A DNA stretch of 64,000 nucleotides from Octopus vulgaris (lineage: Eukaryota): contig OX597840.1 in the NCBI GenBank assembly GCA_951406725.2, positions 35,650,001 through 35,714,000 of the forward strand, given 5' to 3'. Position 1 is the first letter of the stretch, and each line of letters begins with the position of its first letter. Under the pieces are notes generated by a model that was given only the letters and a program-made list of their open reading frames with translations, did not search any database and had not been told where the DNA came from. The position numbers and the translations under genes were made by a program. Shown here one piece after another: positions 1 through 11,755 of this stretch.

Positions 1-256
1 GAAGCCTGTTGTATATATGTATATATATATGTATGTGTGTGTATATGTTTGAGTGTCTGTGTTTGTCCCCGCAACATCGCCACAACCGATGTTGGTGTGT
101 TTACATCCCCATAATTTAGCAGTTTTGGCCAAAGAGACCAACAGAATAAGTACTAGGCTTACAAAGAATAAGTCCTGGAATCGATTTCTTCGACGAAAGG
201 CAGTGCTCCAGCATGGCCACAGTCAAGCGACTGAAACCAGTAAAAGAATAAAAGAA
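1..256 (+). mobile_element. SINE family A, 3' half (cut by window start)
   Basis: Matches the 3' half of the full copies at 14871-15270 and 53380-53843 (tgtttgtcccc...ggtgtgtttacatcccc...gctccagcatggcc...gactgaaac...aaaagaat). Confidence 0.85.
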
Positions 257-316
257 TATATATATATATATATATAAATGCATATGCACACACACATGCA
301 TATATATATATATATA

Positions 317-512
317 GGGAGAGTTTACGAAAAAAACAAAAGACGAAGACAGGTGGTGTACAAAACAAACAGATGTATTAGTATAACGCTCAGGAATAGA
401 AAAAGTCTTTTATGTTTCGAGCCTATGCTCTTCTACAGAAAGGAACACAGATAGAAACAAAGGAGAGAAAAAATTGTGTGTAGTGGCTAATGATCTATCA
501 TGGCGACTCATA
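317..512 (-). mobile_element. Short non-autonomous element in (TA)n carrying a degenerate minimal hammerhead (Penelope-like pLTR derivative)
   Basis: Unique ~195-bp island between (TA)n runs. It shares acgctcaggaa and the hammerhead block with the 4698-4895 element. Confidence 0.55.
407..442 (-). ncRNA. Degenerate minimal type-I hammerhead ribozyme
   Basis: Minus strand reads CUUU-CUGUAGA-A-GAGC-AUAG-GCUC-GAAAC-AUA-AAAG. Stems I and II pair; the core has A6>U and the cleavage triplet is AUA (possibly CpG decay from GUA). Confidence 0.5.
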
Positions 513-551
<39 letters not shown>

Positions 552-555
<4 letters not shown>

Positions 556-844
556 ATTCGAGATAAAACCACTATTTTAAAACCAAACAAGGGAAAGACT
601 TAATCAATACATAAAATTTTAATATAAATAAACCGCCATACAAATGTTTCATGTCTGCTACCGACAATCTTCAGTGGATTTTCGATCTTCTAATCAGTAT
701 CAAATTGACTTCAAAATTTGATGTTTTGATTAGAAGATCGAAATCCACTGAAATTGTCGGTTGACATAACATTTGTAGTGGTTTATTTATATTAAAATTT
801 TATGTATATTATCCTTGTTTGGTTTTAAAATAGTATTTGTATCG

Positions 845-850
<6 letters not shown>
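552..850. repeat. ~300-bp foldback (inverted repeat, ~140-150-bp arms) inside (TA)n
   Basis: The left arm atataattcga...ctattttaaaaccaaacaagg...ccgacaatcttcagtggattttcgatcttctaatca...atcaaatt is the reverse complement of 716-850, apart from small deletions in the right arm. Confidence 0.85.
636..677 (-). ncRNA. Minimal type-I hammerhead ribozyme in left arm of foldback
   Basis: Minus strand reads CCA-CUGAAGA-U-UGUC-GGUAGCA-GACA-U-GAAAC-AUUU-GUA-UGG, with a canonical CUGANGA/GAAA core, a GUA triplet and a 3-bp stem I. Confidence 0.6.
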
Positions 851-906
<56 letters not shown>

Positions 907-1597
907 TACATATATACAAACACACAAACATACACATACATATGTACACACACACACACACACACAAACGAGAGAGAGTGATTCATTGAGAGACTACTTT
1001 CTGGATTGATTGACTAATAAATGATAAATACTTTGAGAAGAGAGAGAGAGAGATAGAGAGAGAGAGAAAGAGAGAGAGAGTATAGAATGAATCCACCTGG
1101 CTACTTCATCATTCGAAAAACCTATTAAGGGTAGGATCGGTGCATTAGTGTGTAACCTCGTAATCTTCCGTCTGTCTTCCTCGGCCTCGTTAATGGACAA
1201 ACCACACATCCTGTTAATTATATGATTTCGGTGACATCATTACGGCACTGGAGGTCACTTCATCTCACAACAATGCTGCGGTAGTTGCTAAGGTTTATTA
1301 TAAGGGTCGGGGGTGTTAGACCCTAAATCGTACTTAATACTATTTGAAGTAATTAGCCTGGGAAAGAGATCCCTTGTTGCTGTTCTTTTACATGTCTCTG
1401 TCGTTTGAACTGCAGCCATGCTGGGGCACAGCCTTGAAGAATTTTACTCACACTACAAATTGACTTTTTTTGGGGTGGGGGCCATGGGTCTCCTTCACTT
1501 TTTAACAAATTGTTAAGTTACGGAGGTGTAAACACACCAACACCGATGGTCAAGAGGTGGGGAGAACACAGACACATGCACATGCACTCACACACAG

Positions 1598-1630
<33 letters not shown>

Positions 1631-1686
1631 AATGTGTATATGTGTGTATGTGCGTGTGTGTGTGTGTATTTATATATATATATATA

Positions 1687-2154
1687 CTAGTATTATAAAC
1701 CAATTTAATTCGGGTCTACTTGGGCCACATTTTAAAGATGAGGAATTTAAAAAACAAACGAAAATTTTGTTAAGAATTAAAAAAGAAAATGAGGGCAAAA
1801 AGCACTCATTTTTTTCACAATGAAAAATCTTTTCCTAGTAGGCGGAATTTTGCGACAAAATGTATGTTTATTAAGCACAACAGCCTGCAGTGCATGCCAC
1901 TGGGCATTAAAAGCCAATCGCACAAAGCTAGAGGGGTTCTGGGCCCCCTTGAATCGTTAAAAAATCACTCTTTTTGCCATAGCAACCACATCTTTATAGC
2001 TTGTGAATTTTAACCATCATGGGTCTCATCCTCACTATGCATTTGGTATCCCTACCAATTTTCAGCGCGATCCTTGCCTCGGTTTGGCCGCCATTAACCG
2101 TCAAAGCAAAATGTCCATACAATTTTCGTCCAAGGACTGTTTTATAGATATAGA
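1687..2154 (-). mobile_element. Non-autonomous Helitron-like element
   Basis: On the minus strand it begins A|TCtatatctataaaac and ends ...taataCTAG|T, with an imperfect subterminal hairpin (aaaccaatttaattcgggt). It lies in an AT-rich site. Confidence 0.5.
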
Positions 2155-2513
2155 TATATATATATTTATGTCATTTATAAAAGTGTATAGAGAGTTTCTA
2201 TACACAATGAAGAAACCTTTGACAGGACTCCCTACATGCTAAAAATGCCAGTTAAAACCTAAACCACGGAAAGATGAATTCATGAGGTACGCCGATTATA
2301 ACACCAGAGCAAACAAAAAAAGTGAATTGGTTAATCCCAAACTTGAGTTTCACCATTACTCTCCAAAATAAACTAATTTGGGATCTGTGGCTCATCAGCA
2401 AGATCACTAATTAATGAATAATTATTTAGATGCAAATATGTACTGATATAGATATCAGTTGAATGAAGTCAAAACATAGTTTGGTTTCCACATTGGCATT
2501 ACCCATCCAACGA

Positions 2514-3250
2514 ACAGACAAACGGATTAAGTCGATTATATCGACACCAGTGTGTAACTGGTACTTATTTAATCGACCCCGAAAGGATGAAAGGCAAAGT
2601 CGACCTCGGTGGAATTTGAACTCAGAACGTAGCGGCAGATGAAATACCTATTTCTTCACTACCCACAAAGGGGCTAAACACAGAGGGAACAAACAAGGAC
2701 AGACAAACGGATTAAGTCGATTATATCGACCCCAGTGCGTAACTGGTACTTATTTAATCGACCCCGAAAGGATGAAAGGCAAAGTCGACCTCGGCGGAAT
2801 TTGAACTCGGAACGTAGCAGCAGAGGAAATACCTATTTCTTTACTACCCACAAGGGGCTAAACACAGAGAGGAGAAACAAGGACAGACAAAGGGATTAAG
2901 TCGATTATATCGACCCCAGTGCGTAACTGGTACTTATTTAATCGACCCCGAAAGGATGAAAGGAAAAGTCGACCTCGGCGGAATTTGAACTCAGAACGTA
3001 AAGACAGACAAAATACCTATTTCTTTACTACCCACAAGGGGCTAAACACAGAGAGGACAAACAAGGACAGACAAACGGATTAAGTCGATTACATCGACCC
3101 CAGTGCATAACTGGTACTTATTTAATTGACCCCGAAAGGATGAAAGGCAAAGTCAACCTCGGCACAATTTGAACTCAGAATGTAACGGCAGACAAAATAC
3201 CACTAAGCATTTCGCCCGCTTTGCTAATGTTTCTGCCAGTTTGGCGCCTT
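2514..3250 (-). mobile_element. SINE family B multimer: one head plus four ~185-bp bodies
   Basis: The unit cctatttc...cccacaaggggctaaacacagag...gtcgattatatcgacccc...gaaaggcaaagtcgacctcggcggaatttgaactc recurs at 2647, 2832 and 3016. A single head lies at about 3200-3250. Confidence 0.9.
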
Positions 3251-3847
3251 AGTATTAACCAATTTATAGCACATAAAATTTACTGGTTTGAAGTACTGTT
3301 TTCTCATGACCCTGAAAAATTACTGTGAACCCCCAATTTACTACATTGTATTTGTGGACCCCAAAAAGTTTTATAAGGAGCCCCAGAGTTCATACAGACC
3401 CTGGGTGAGAACCCTTACTCTTGACCAATACTGAAGGAACGCTGGATATTTATTTTTGATATGATATAATACAGACGCGAGTGATGAGTAAGTGTGAAAT
3501 AAATCCATAATGGACCATCACAAAAAAGCAGTTATTGATCTCTGGATTAAGTTGTCAGCAACCGATCGAACGAGTGCCGAGCAGTGAAAGCTGGTTGATG
3601 CGTACATCTCTCAGTTACGGATGCGATTGCAGGAGATGATGCTGGTAGGATGTCATCTACCTTGGGCAGAAGATGACAAACAGACGGAGATAATTAATTT
3701 ACTCATTAAAAATTTCTGGGTTGTCCTTCGGAGATGGTATCAACAACCTGAAAGGATTTGTTTGACAATTTCAGTAACATGTTTTTTTATTTCTTTATTT
3801 GGTTTTCAGTTGACACACAAACTTATACATACATATATATATATATA

Positions 3848-4156
3848 TCACGTGATCACATGACCGACCAGACCATCAGATGTTGTTACACATCGCTGGT
3901 CACAATGCGTTTGCATTGTTTTTTTAGCCTTCGAATGACGCCACCCTGCTGGCTAAGCGAGCAGGCCGATAGAAGAAAGAGTGAGAGAAAGAGTGGTGAA
4001 AGAGTACAGCAGGGATCACCACCCCCTGCCAGAGCCTCGTGGAGCTTTTAGGTGTTTTCGCTCAATAAACACTCACAACGCCCGGTATGGGAATCGAAAC
4101 CGCGATCCTACGACCGCGAGTCCGCTACCCTAACCACTGGGCCATTGTGCCTCCAC
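3848..4156 (-). mobile_element. tRNA-derived SINE, OR-like head, tail type 1
   Basis: Reverse complement reads gtggaggcacaatggcccagtggttagg (A box)...gactcgc...ggtttcgattccc (B box). The tail ends ggtcatgtgatcacgtga(ta)n. The TCG anticodon-like loop fits the tRNA-Arg-derived octopus OR families (family name inferred). Confidence 0.8.
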
Positions 4157-4247
4157 ACATATATATATACACAACTATATATACATGCACATAAACACAC
4201 ACACACACACACACATGCACACACGCATACGTACATACATACATATT

Positions 4248-4677
4248 ATCATCATCATCATCATCATCGTTTAACGTTCGCTTTCCATGCTAGCATGGGT
4301 TGGACGATTTGACTGAGGGCTGGCGAACCAGATGGCTGCACCAGGCTCCAATCTTGATCTGGCAGAGTTTCTACAGCTGGATGCCCTTCCTAACACCAAC
4401 CACTCTGAGAGTGTAGTGGGTACTTTTATGTGTGACCAGCATGGGGCCAGTCATGCGGTACTGGCAACGACCTCGCTCAAATTCTTTTACACATGCCACC
4501 AGCACAGGTGCTAGTAAGGCGATGCTGGTGACGATCATGCTCGAATGGTGCCCTTTTACGTGCCAACGCCATGGAGGCCAGATAGCCGCTCTGGCAACGA
4601 TCATGATCGGATGGTGCTCTTAACACCCTACTAGCATGGGGCTCGAGTGCCAGTAAGGCGACAGTGGTAACGATCAC
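4248..4677 (-). mobile_element. RTE-clade LINE 3' UTR stub
   Basis: (CAT)n tail followed by cgtttaacg...ccatgctagcatgggttggac...ggatgcccttcctaac. The same 3' UTR is joined to an RTE ORF end at 13630-14213 and 16700-17476. Confidence 0.8.
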
Positions 4678-4697
4678 ACACACATATATATATATAA

Positions 4698-4895
4698 TTA
4701 ATCCAAACAAGAAAGCACAAAAAAAACACAACAACGCAAGGACGTGAAACAAATATAGTATTATTGGACGCTCAGGAAAGAAGGAAAGAAGGAGGGTTTA
4801 ACGTTTCGAACGGAGCTCTTCGTCGGAAACATAGGAGAAAAAAAGATCCAGAGAAGGGAAGACAGAGGAAAAAAATCGCCAACAGTACACACGCG
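4698..4895 (-). mobile_element. Short non-autonomous hammerhead-bearing element in (TA)n
   Basis: ~200-bp island bounded by (TA)n on both sides, containing the hammerhead at 4796-4830 and related to 317-512. Confidence 0.6.
4796..4830 (-). ncRNA. Minimal type-I hammerhead ribozyme (Penelope-type)
   Basis: Minus strand reads GUUU-CCGACGA-A-GAGC-UCC-GUUC-GAAAC-GUU-AAAC: 4-bp stem I, 4-bp stem II, palindromic loopless stem III (ACGU) and a U4>C core variant. Confidence 0.65.
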
Positions 4896-4924
4896 ATATA
4901 TATATATATATATACACACACATA

Positions 4925-4965
<41 letters not shown>

Positions 4966-5462
4966 TTACATACACCAATATACTTACATTCATATAAGCA
5001 CATACATGTATATACTTACATACACACACATAAATACATACATTGAGGCATACACAATAAAATAAATGAACTTAAGTGATTCTTGGAAGCATAATAGGTG
5101 TATGTGTATATATGTGTGTGTGTATGTGTGTGTGTGTATGTGTGTGTGTCTGTGTGTGTGTGTGAGTGTGAGTGTGAGTTCAAGTGTGTGCTTCATTGTT
5201 GAGATCACTCGTGCACATGAAAAACAATGGGTGTGTATATGTGTGTATGCATGTATTTGTGTGTGTGTGTGTGTGTGTGTGTGGATGTGTGTGTACATGA
5301 CCTTGTTTTTCACTGTCCAGCAGAGAAAAAAAATTAAAGAAATAAAAATTTTTTTTTAAATGGAAATCGCTGATTAAACACTTTCAGTTTATTGATACCA
5401 TCTCTGAAGGATCACCAATACTTACCATGCATCCCTTCATCTTGCCGCAAAGTAAAACTCAA

Positions 5463-5514
<52 letters not shown>

Positions 5515-5712
5515 CATACGCACACACCCACGCGAATGTATACAGCGACGATGAATATTTTGTGGGCGGGTACTGTTAGACATGTTGATACGAGTGAGTG
5601 ACTTTCCTTGTGTGTTGTTTACATAAGAATTTAATGAGGCAAATGTGAGGAACATCAAGGAAATATCTCAATGAACAATAATAATAATAATAACAATAAT
5701 AATAATAATAAC

Positions 5713-5769
<57 letters not shown>

Positions 5770-5771
<2 letters not shown>

Positions 5772-6477
5772 AATTACCAAAAACATGTAATGAAAAGAAA
5801 TATAACAAGTAACTGCAGAATATGTGGAGATGGACAAGAAACAATAAATCATATTATCTCTAGCTGCCCAGTCCTGGCTAAGAAGGAATATATTCACAGA
5901 CACGACAGAGTTGGAACCTACATACATTGGAAGCTATGCCAACATTATGGAATAACAACAGAAAAAAGATGGTATAGGCACACACCAGAAAAGGTCACAG
6001 AAAACGAGAAAGCAACCATACTCTGGGATATGCCGATACACACAGATAGAGAAATTAAGGCCAACAGACCAGATATAGTTGTCAGAGATCACGAAGAAAA
6101 AAAATGCTTTCTAATTGATGTATCAATACCGGCAGATGACAACGTGTCTCTAAAAGAAATGGGGAAACTCTCAAAATACAAAGACCTGGAAATAGAGATA
6201 ACTAGAATGTGGAATCTGAAAACAGAAACAATTCCTATCATAGTAGGTGCATTAGGCATGATAAAAAAATATTCAGACAAATACATAACAAAAACACCAG
6301 GACTTACAAACACATATAACATACAGAAAATTGCACTACTAGGCACAGCACACATCCTACGCAAAACACTTTCCATACAATAACCATCATAGCATCACAA
6401 CAAATCACAGCACATACCCAAGGCACACAGAGCTGCGCTCGGTAGTGAAGTGAAAGCACGCTATAAAAATAAAACTA

Positions 6478-6482
<5 letters not shown>
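5770..6482 (+). mobile_element. 5'-truncated R4/Dong-clade non-LTR retrotransposon inserted in (TAA)n
   Basis: Flanked by (AAT)n at 5675-5769 and 6481-6522. It comprises the ORF C-terminus and a ~100-bp 3' UTR. Confidence 0.85.
5790..6383 (+). CDS. C-terminal fragment of R4/Dong ORF: CCHC zinc knuckle plus restriction-like endonuclease
   Basis: CRICGDGQETINHIISSC (CCHC), RHD, RPDIVV...LIDVSIP (PD..D motif) and KLSKYKDL (K..KY) are the diagnostic RLE motifs. There are no stops over 197 aa. Confidence 0.9.
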   Translation: MKRNITSNCRICGDGQETINHIISSCPVLAKKEYIHRHDRVGTYIHWKLCQHYGITTEKRWYRHTPEKVTENEKATILWDMPIHTDREIKANRPDIVVRDHEEKKCFLIDVSIPADDNVSLKEMGKLSKYKDLEIEITRMWNLKTETIPIIVGALGMIKKYSDKYITKTPGLTNTYNIQKIALLGTAHILRKTLSIQ

Positions 6483-6523
<41 letters not shown>

Positions 6524-6529
6524 GTATTA

Positions 6530-7190
6530 ATCATCATTATCATCATCATTGTCCGCTTTCCATGCTAGCATGGGTTGAACGATTTGACTGAGGGCTGGTG
6601 AACCAGATGGCTGCACCAGGCTTCAATCTTGATCTGGCAGAGTTTCTACAGCTGGATGCCCTTCCTGCCAACCACTCCGAGAGTGTAGTCGGTGCTTTTA
6701 TGTGCCACCAGCATGGGGCCAGTCAGGCGGCACTGGCAATGACCTCGCTCGAATCTTTTACACATTCCACCGGCACAGGTGCCAGTAAGGCAATGCTGGT
6801 AACGATCATGCTCAAATGGTGTTCTTTACGTGCCACCAGCATGGAGGCCAGATAGCCACTCTGGCAACGATCACGCTCGGAAGGTGCTCTTAATACCCTA
6901 CTAATACGGGGTTCGAGTGCCAGTAGTGCGATGCTGGTAACGATCACGCACGAATGGTACCTTTTAAGTCCCACTGGCACGGAAGCCAGTTAGCCACTCT
7001 GTCAATGGTGACACTCCTATGGTGCTCTTTGCACCACGCTAGCACAGACACCAGTCATCGAATTTGATTTCGAATTTTGATTTTTGATTTTTTATTTCAC
7101 TTGCATCAACAGGTCTTCACAAGCAGAGTTTAGTGTCCAAAGAAGGAAAAGGTACGCATAAGTGGGCTGGTAATGCCCCTGGCATAGGCC
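6530..7190 (-). mobile_element. RTE LINE 3' end / 3' UTR with internal tandem repeats
   Basis: Same 3' UTR as 4248-4677, with repeated tgcca...ggcaacgatca...atggtgc modules. Confidence 0.75.
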
Positions 7191-7191
7191 A

Positions 7192-7556
7192 TGACCTGGC
7201 AACGTCGGGTCATACTACTAGTGCATGCATATACAGCTGCGTGGGTGCGCACATACATGCGAGTACTGTCCAAATCTCCGACCAATCACATACAGCTAGC
7301 TGGCATTCAATTGGCGTATCAAGTTTCGGGTATTTTGATTGGGTTTTGGATAGGAAATTCACAAAAATGTCACTTCTATTGCTTTTTTAATGGCTTTGCT
7401 GGGTGACTGGGGAAATGTAAAGATGTGCACGGCCACCCTTGGACGGTTTTGAATGACCATAGAAAGTGCGAGCCCTCTACCTGAAAAATTGTGGATTTGT
7501 ATAAAGGACACACACACACAGACAGACAGACATTTTGCTGTTTATATATAGAGAGA
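7192..7556 (-). mobile_element. Non-autonomous Helitron-like element
   Basis: The minus-strand start A|TCtctctatatataaacagcaaaatgtctgtctgtc resembles the start of the 53917-54406 element. A GC hairpin tgacctggcaacgtcgggtca lies at 7193-7212, but the 3' terminus is unclear. Confidence 0.45.
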
Positions 7557-7920
7557 TCATCATCATCATCATCATCATCATCGTTTAATGTCCGTTTTCC
7601 ACGCTAGCACAGCTCCAGTCTGATCTGCTAGTGTTTCTACGGCTGGATGCCCTTCCTAACGCCAACCACTCCGTGAGTGTAGTAGGTGCTTTTTACGCGC
7701 CACCTGCACAGGTGCCAGACGAGGCTGGCAAACACCCACGATCGGATGGTGCTATTTACATGCCACCGGCACGGGGGCCAGATGAGGCTGGCAAACGGCC
7801 ACAATCGGATGGTGTTTTTTACGTGCCACTGGTACGGAGGCCAGTCGGGGCGGCGCTGGCAACGGCCACTTTCGGATGGTTCTCTTACGTGCCACCGGCA
7901 CTGGTATTACAGCTACAATA
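7557..7920 (-). mobile_element. RTE LINE 3' UTR stub
   Basis: (CAT)n tail, ggatgcccttcctaacgccaaccactcc and repeated gtgccaccggcac modules. Confidence 0.8.
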
Positions 7921-8027
7921 TATATATATATATATATATGTAATATATATATATATGTGAATATACGTGCGCATGCACACACACACACACATACACACAC
8001 ACATACACACACACGCACATACACACA

Positions 8028-8061
<34 letters not shown>

Positions 8062-8721
8062 TAATCTATTTGTTTCCACTTAGGTGACTTTTGTGCAAGT
8101 CAAATCTTGCATAATTTGATGCGGTGAAGTCAGTGTTGTGCGTAAAGATGGCTTCAGAGATTAAAAAACAAACAAAAACAAACAAAAACACACAAACAAA
8201 GAAAAACAACAACCAAAACAAGGCAACCAAAAATGAAACCAAATAAAAAAAAACACAACAAAAAGAAAACAACACTAACAAACAAACAAACCGAAAAAAA
8301 AAGAGAGGAGGAAAATCCATATATTTCTATGTTATTGATTTCCGTCTTTGAAAAAGAACAACAATTGGTCTACAGCTGGGAACTGAACCATTAATCTATT
8401 GTTTTGCAGGCGCCTACTTTACCGATAACACCACTCACAACAGAGTGCTATCTTTTGTTGTTTATTTCTGTCAGCCATTGATCTGTGGCCATGCTGGGGC
8501 AATGCATTATTGAAGAATTTCTTGTTTCATTTTATTTTTTTCAGTAGAACAGCTTGACCTCAGCACTTTTTTCCTTCTCTCTTTTTTTTTTTTTTTAAAA
8601 TTTTGGCACTTGTTCTGTTGGTGTCTGTTGCCAAACTGCTAAGTTATAGGGACGTAAACAAACCAACATTGGTTATCAAGTGGTTTGGTTGGGTGGGGAC
8701 ACAGAAATACACTTAAATGCA

Positions 8722-9132
8722 CACAGGAGTGGCTGTGTGGTATGTAGCTTGCTTACCAACCACATGGTTCTGGGTTCAGTCCCTATGCATGACACCTTGG
8801 GCAAGTGTCTTCTACTATAGCCTCAGGTCAACCAAAGCTTTGTGAGTGGATTTGGTAGACGGAAACTGAAGGAAGCCTGTCGTATATATGCATATATATA
8901 TATGTGTGTGTGTTTGTGTGTCTGTGTTTGTCCCCCCTAGCATTGCTTGACAACCGATGCTGGTGTGTTTACATCCCTGTAACTTAGCGGTTCGGCAAAA
9001 AGAGACCAATAGAATAAGTACTAGGCTTACAAAGAATAAGTCCTGGGGGTGATTTCCTCGACTAAAGGCGGTGCTCCAGCATGGCCGCAGTCAAATGACT
9101 GAAACAAGTAAAAGAGTAAAAAGAGTAAAAGA
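8722..9132 (+). mobile_element. SINE family A, full length (nested in a degenerate opposite-strand copy, ~8465-9260)
   Basis: Head caggagtggctgtgtggta...ggttcagtccc, CORE-like ccttgggcaagtgtcttc, central microsatellite and a tail ending (aaaagagt)n. Confidence 0.85.
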
Positions 9133-9498
9133 GCACACACACACACACACATAACAGGTTTCTACACAGTTTCCATCTACCAAATTTACTCACAAGGTAT
9201 TGGTTGACCTAAGGCTACAGTAGAAGACACTTGCCCAAGGTTCCATGCAGTGGGACACACTAGGCTCCAATTGTCTGCTTTGGGGGTTTCTACAGCTTGA
9301 TACCCTTCCTAACACCAACCACTTTTCAGAGTACTCCGGGTGTTTTTTATGTGGCACCATCACCAGTGGTGGAGATGAGTCTTCAATGGCCCCAAAGAGA
9401 ATGGAAATCTCAAGTAAAATAAATTGAAGGATTAGACTGTTCAGTGTGTCCTTCTCTTTCTAATACAATAATGTGTGATTCTAGAGAAATTCAGCTGC

Positions 9499-9749
9499 TA
9501 CAAGTGTGAGTCAAAAAGTAATGCCATTTTGTTTAGGACAGGTATAATTACCAACACAGGAACATGTATCATGCATCAAAATGAAGCTGGTCCTCTGTGG
9601 ATCACATCCCTACTTCTCAACATAGTCACCATTTCTCTCAATAGCAATGTTCCACCTTCGAATGAGAGCATGTATCCCTGCCCCATAAAATTCTGTTGAC
9701 TGTTCTTTGAGCCACTTCTTCACTACAGTTTTCACTTCCTTGTCACTGG
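9499..9749 (-). mobile_element. Mariner transposon 3' end fragment (copy 1)
   Basis: Near-identical to 9918-10169. It starts TA-caagtgtgagtcaaaaagtaatgcc, a decayed form of the TIR. Confidence 0.8.
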
Positions 9750-9917
9750 ACTATCATCTCTTCGGCCTTATGAATGAGGGTTTGAGAGGCAAATTCACCA
9801 TTGTATGTTGTTCCCAGTATAAATAAATATTACTGACCCCTGGCACATTGGGAAAACTAAAAACTGCCGGAATTCCATGTCAGATAGTTTGAGAAGCACT
9901 GCCCTAGAGCTAGTATA

Positions 9918-10209
9918 TACGAGGGTGAGTCAAAAGTAATGCCATTTTGTTTAGGACGGGTATAATTACCAACACAGGAACATGTATCATACATCAAAAT
10001 GAAGCTGGTCCTCTGTGGATCACATCCCTACTTCTCAACATAGTCAGCATTTCTCTCAATAGCAATGTTCCACTTTCGAATGAGAGCATGTATCCCTGCC
10101 CCGTAAAATTCTGTTGACTGTTCTTTGAGTCACTTCTTCACTACAGTTTTCACTTCCTTGTCACTGGAATAATGTTTGTCTCTCAGACCTTCTTTCATGG
10201 GGCCAAAGA
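9918..10209 (-). mobile_element. Mariner transposon 3' end fragment (copy 2) with transposase C-terminus
   Basis: TA|CGAGGG TIR start. Minus-strand 10028-10207 translates to FGPMKEGLRDKHYSSDKEVKTVVKK*LKEQSTEFYGAGIHALIRKWNIAIERNADYVEK*, the typical mariner C-terminus, with one in-frame stop. Confidence 0.9.
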
Positions 10210-10371
10210 TATGATAGTAAAAATCCTGCCAAAACAGACACAGAAGTCCGGTGCCTGGCCGGCTCCCATCAAACGGTCTCACCTATGCCAGCATGCAAGG
10301 CAGATGTTAAGCAATGATGATGATGACGATGATTATAATGATGATGATGATGAGATATATATATATATATA

Positions 10372-10535
10372 TCACGTGATCACCATGACCGACCAGACCA
10401 TCAGATGTTGTTACACATCGCTGGTCACAATGCGTTCGCATTGTTTTAGCCTTCGAATGATGCCACCCCGCTGGCTAAGCGAGCAGGCCAACAGAAGAAA
10501 GAGTCCAAGCCCTAACCACTGGGCCATTGCGCCTC

Positions 10536-10538
<3 letters not shown>
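10372..10538 (-). mobile_element. OR-like SINE (tail 1), internally deleted
   Basis: Both ends match 3848-4156, but about 140 bp of the middle is missing (junction aagaaagagt|ccaagccctaacc). Confidence 0.8.
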
Positions 10539-10573
<35 letters not shown>

Positions 10574-11109
10574 CAGGCTTCTTTCAGTTTCCATCTACCA
10601 AATCCACTCACGAGGCTTTGGTTGGCCCGAGGCTATAGTAGAAGACACTTGCCCAAGGTGCCACGGAGTAGGACTGAACCTGAAATCATGTGGTTGGGAA
10701 GCAAGCTTCTTACCACACAGCCACACCTGTACCTAGAAGTGATGCAGAACTTTTTTTTTTTTTGGTAGGGAGTGTTCTGTAACTCATCACAGTATCCATT
10801 GTAATCATTGCTGTTGTTGTTGTTGTTGTTGTTGAAGTCCCAGTCAGGCCCCGATTGAGCATATCTAAGAATGCTAATGAGATGAAGTGTTGCTTCTGTT
10901 GCTGCTGCTGCTGCTGCTACTACTACTGCTGCTATTTCGTGTTGTCGTCTCATCGCTTTACACCAAGACAGCAATAACAACAGCAGCAGCAGCAGACGTA
11001 GTAGTAGTAGTAGCAGTAGTAGCAGCAGCAGCAGCAGCAGCACTACAACGGAATACAAAGTGAAAAAAAAACCTGCATTTTCTTCACTGACATGTTGCTG
11101 TTGATGCTG

Positions 11110-11466
11110 CTTATAATGATGATGGTGGTAGTGATGATGGTGATGATAATGATGATGGTGATGATGGTGGTAGTGATGATGGTGATGATGATGATGATGA
11201 TGGTGGTGGTGATGATGATGGTGATGATGGTGGTAGTGATGATGGTGATGGTGATGATGATGATGGTGGTGGTGGTGATGATGGTGATGATGGTGGTAGT
11301 GATGATGGTGATGGTGATGATGATGATGGTGGTGGTGATGATGATGGTGATGATGGTGGTAGTGATGATGGTGATGGTGGTGGTGATGATGATGGTGATG
11401 ATGGTGGTAGTGATGATGGTGATGATAATGATGATGGTGATGATGGTGGTGATGATGGTGATGATG

Positions 11467-11498
<32 letters not shown>

Positions 11499-11723
11499 GA
11501 TGTGATGATGGTGGTAGTGATGATGGTGATGGTGATGATGATGATGGTGGTGGTGGTGATGATGATGGTGATGATGGTGGTAGTGATGATGGTGATGATG
11601 ATGATGATGATGGTGGTGGTGATGATGATGGTGATGATGGTGGTAGTGATGATGGTGATGGTGATGATGATGATGGTGGTGGTGGTGATGATGATGGTGA
11701 TGATGGTGGTAGTGATGATGTGA

Positions 11724-11755
<32 letters not shown>

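Noticed and set aside
2514-3250. CRISPR-like regular repeats
   Set aside because: Whole 185-bp units repeat with no unique spacers, in a eukaryotic SINE context with no cas genes.
3310-3420. Possible hAT MITE end (also 9830-9908)
   Set aside because: Only one decayed terminus is visible, with no matching TIR or TSD, so it was not called as a feature.
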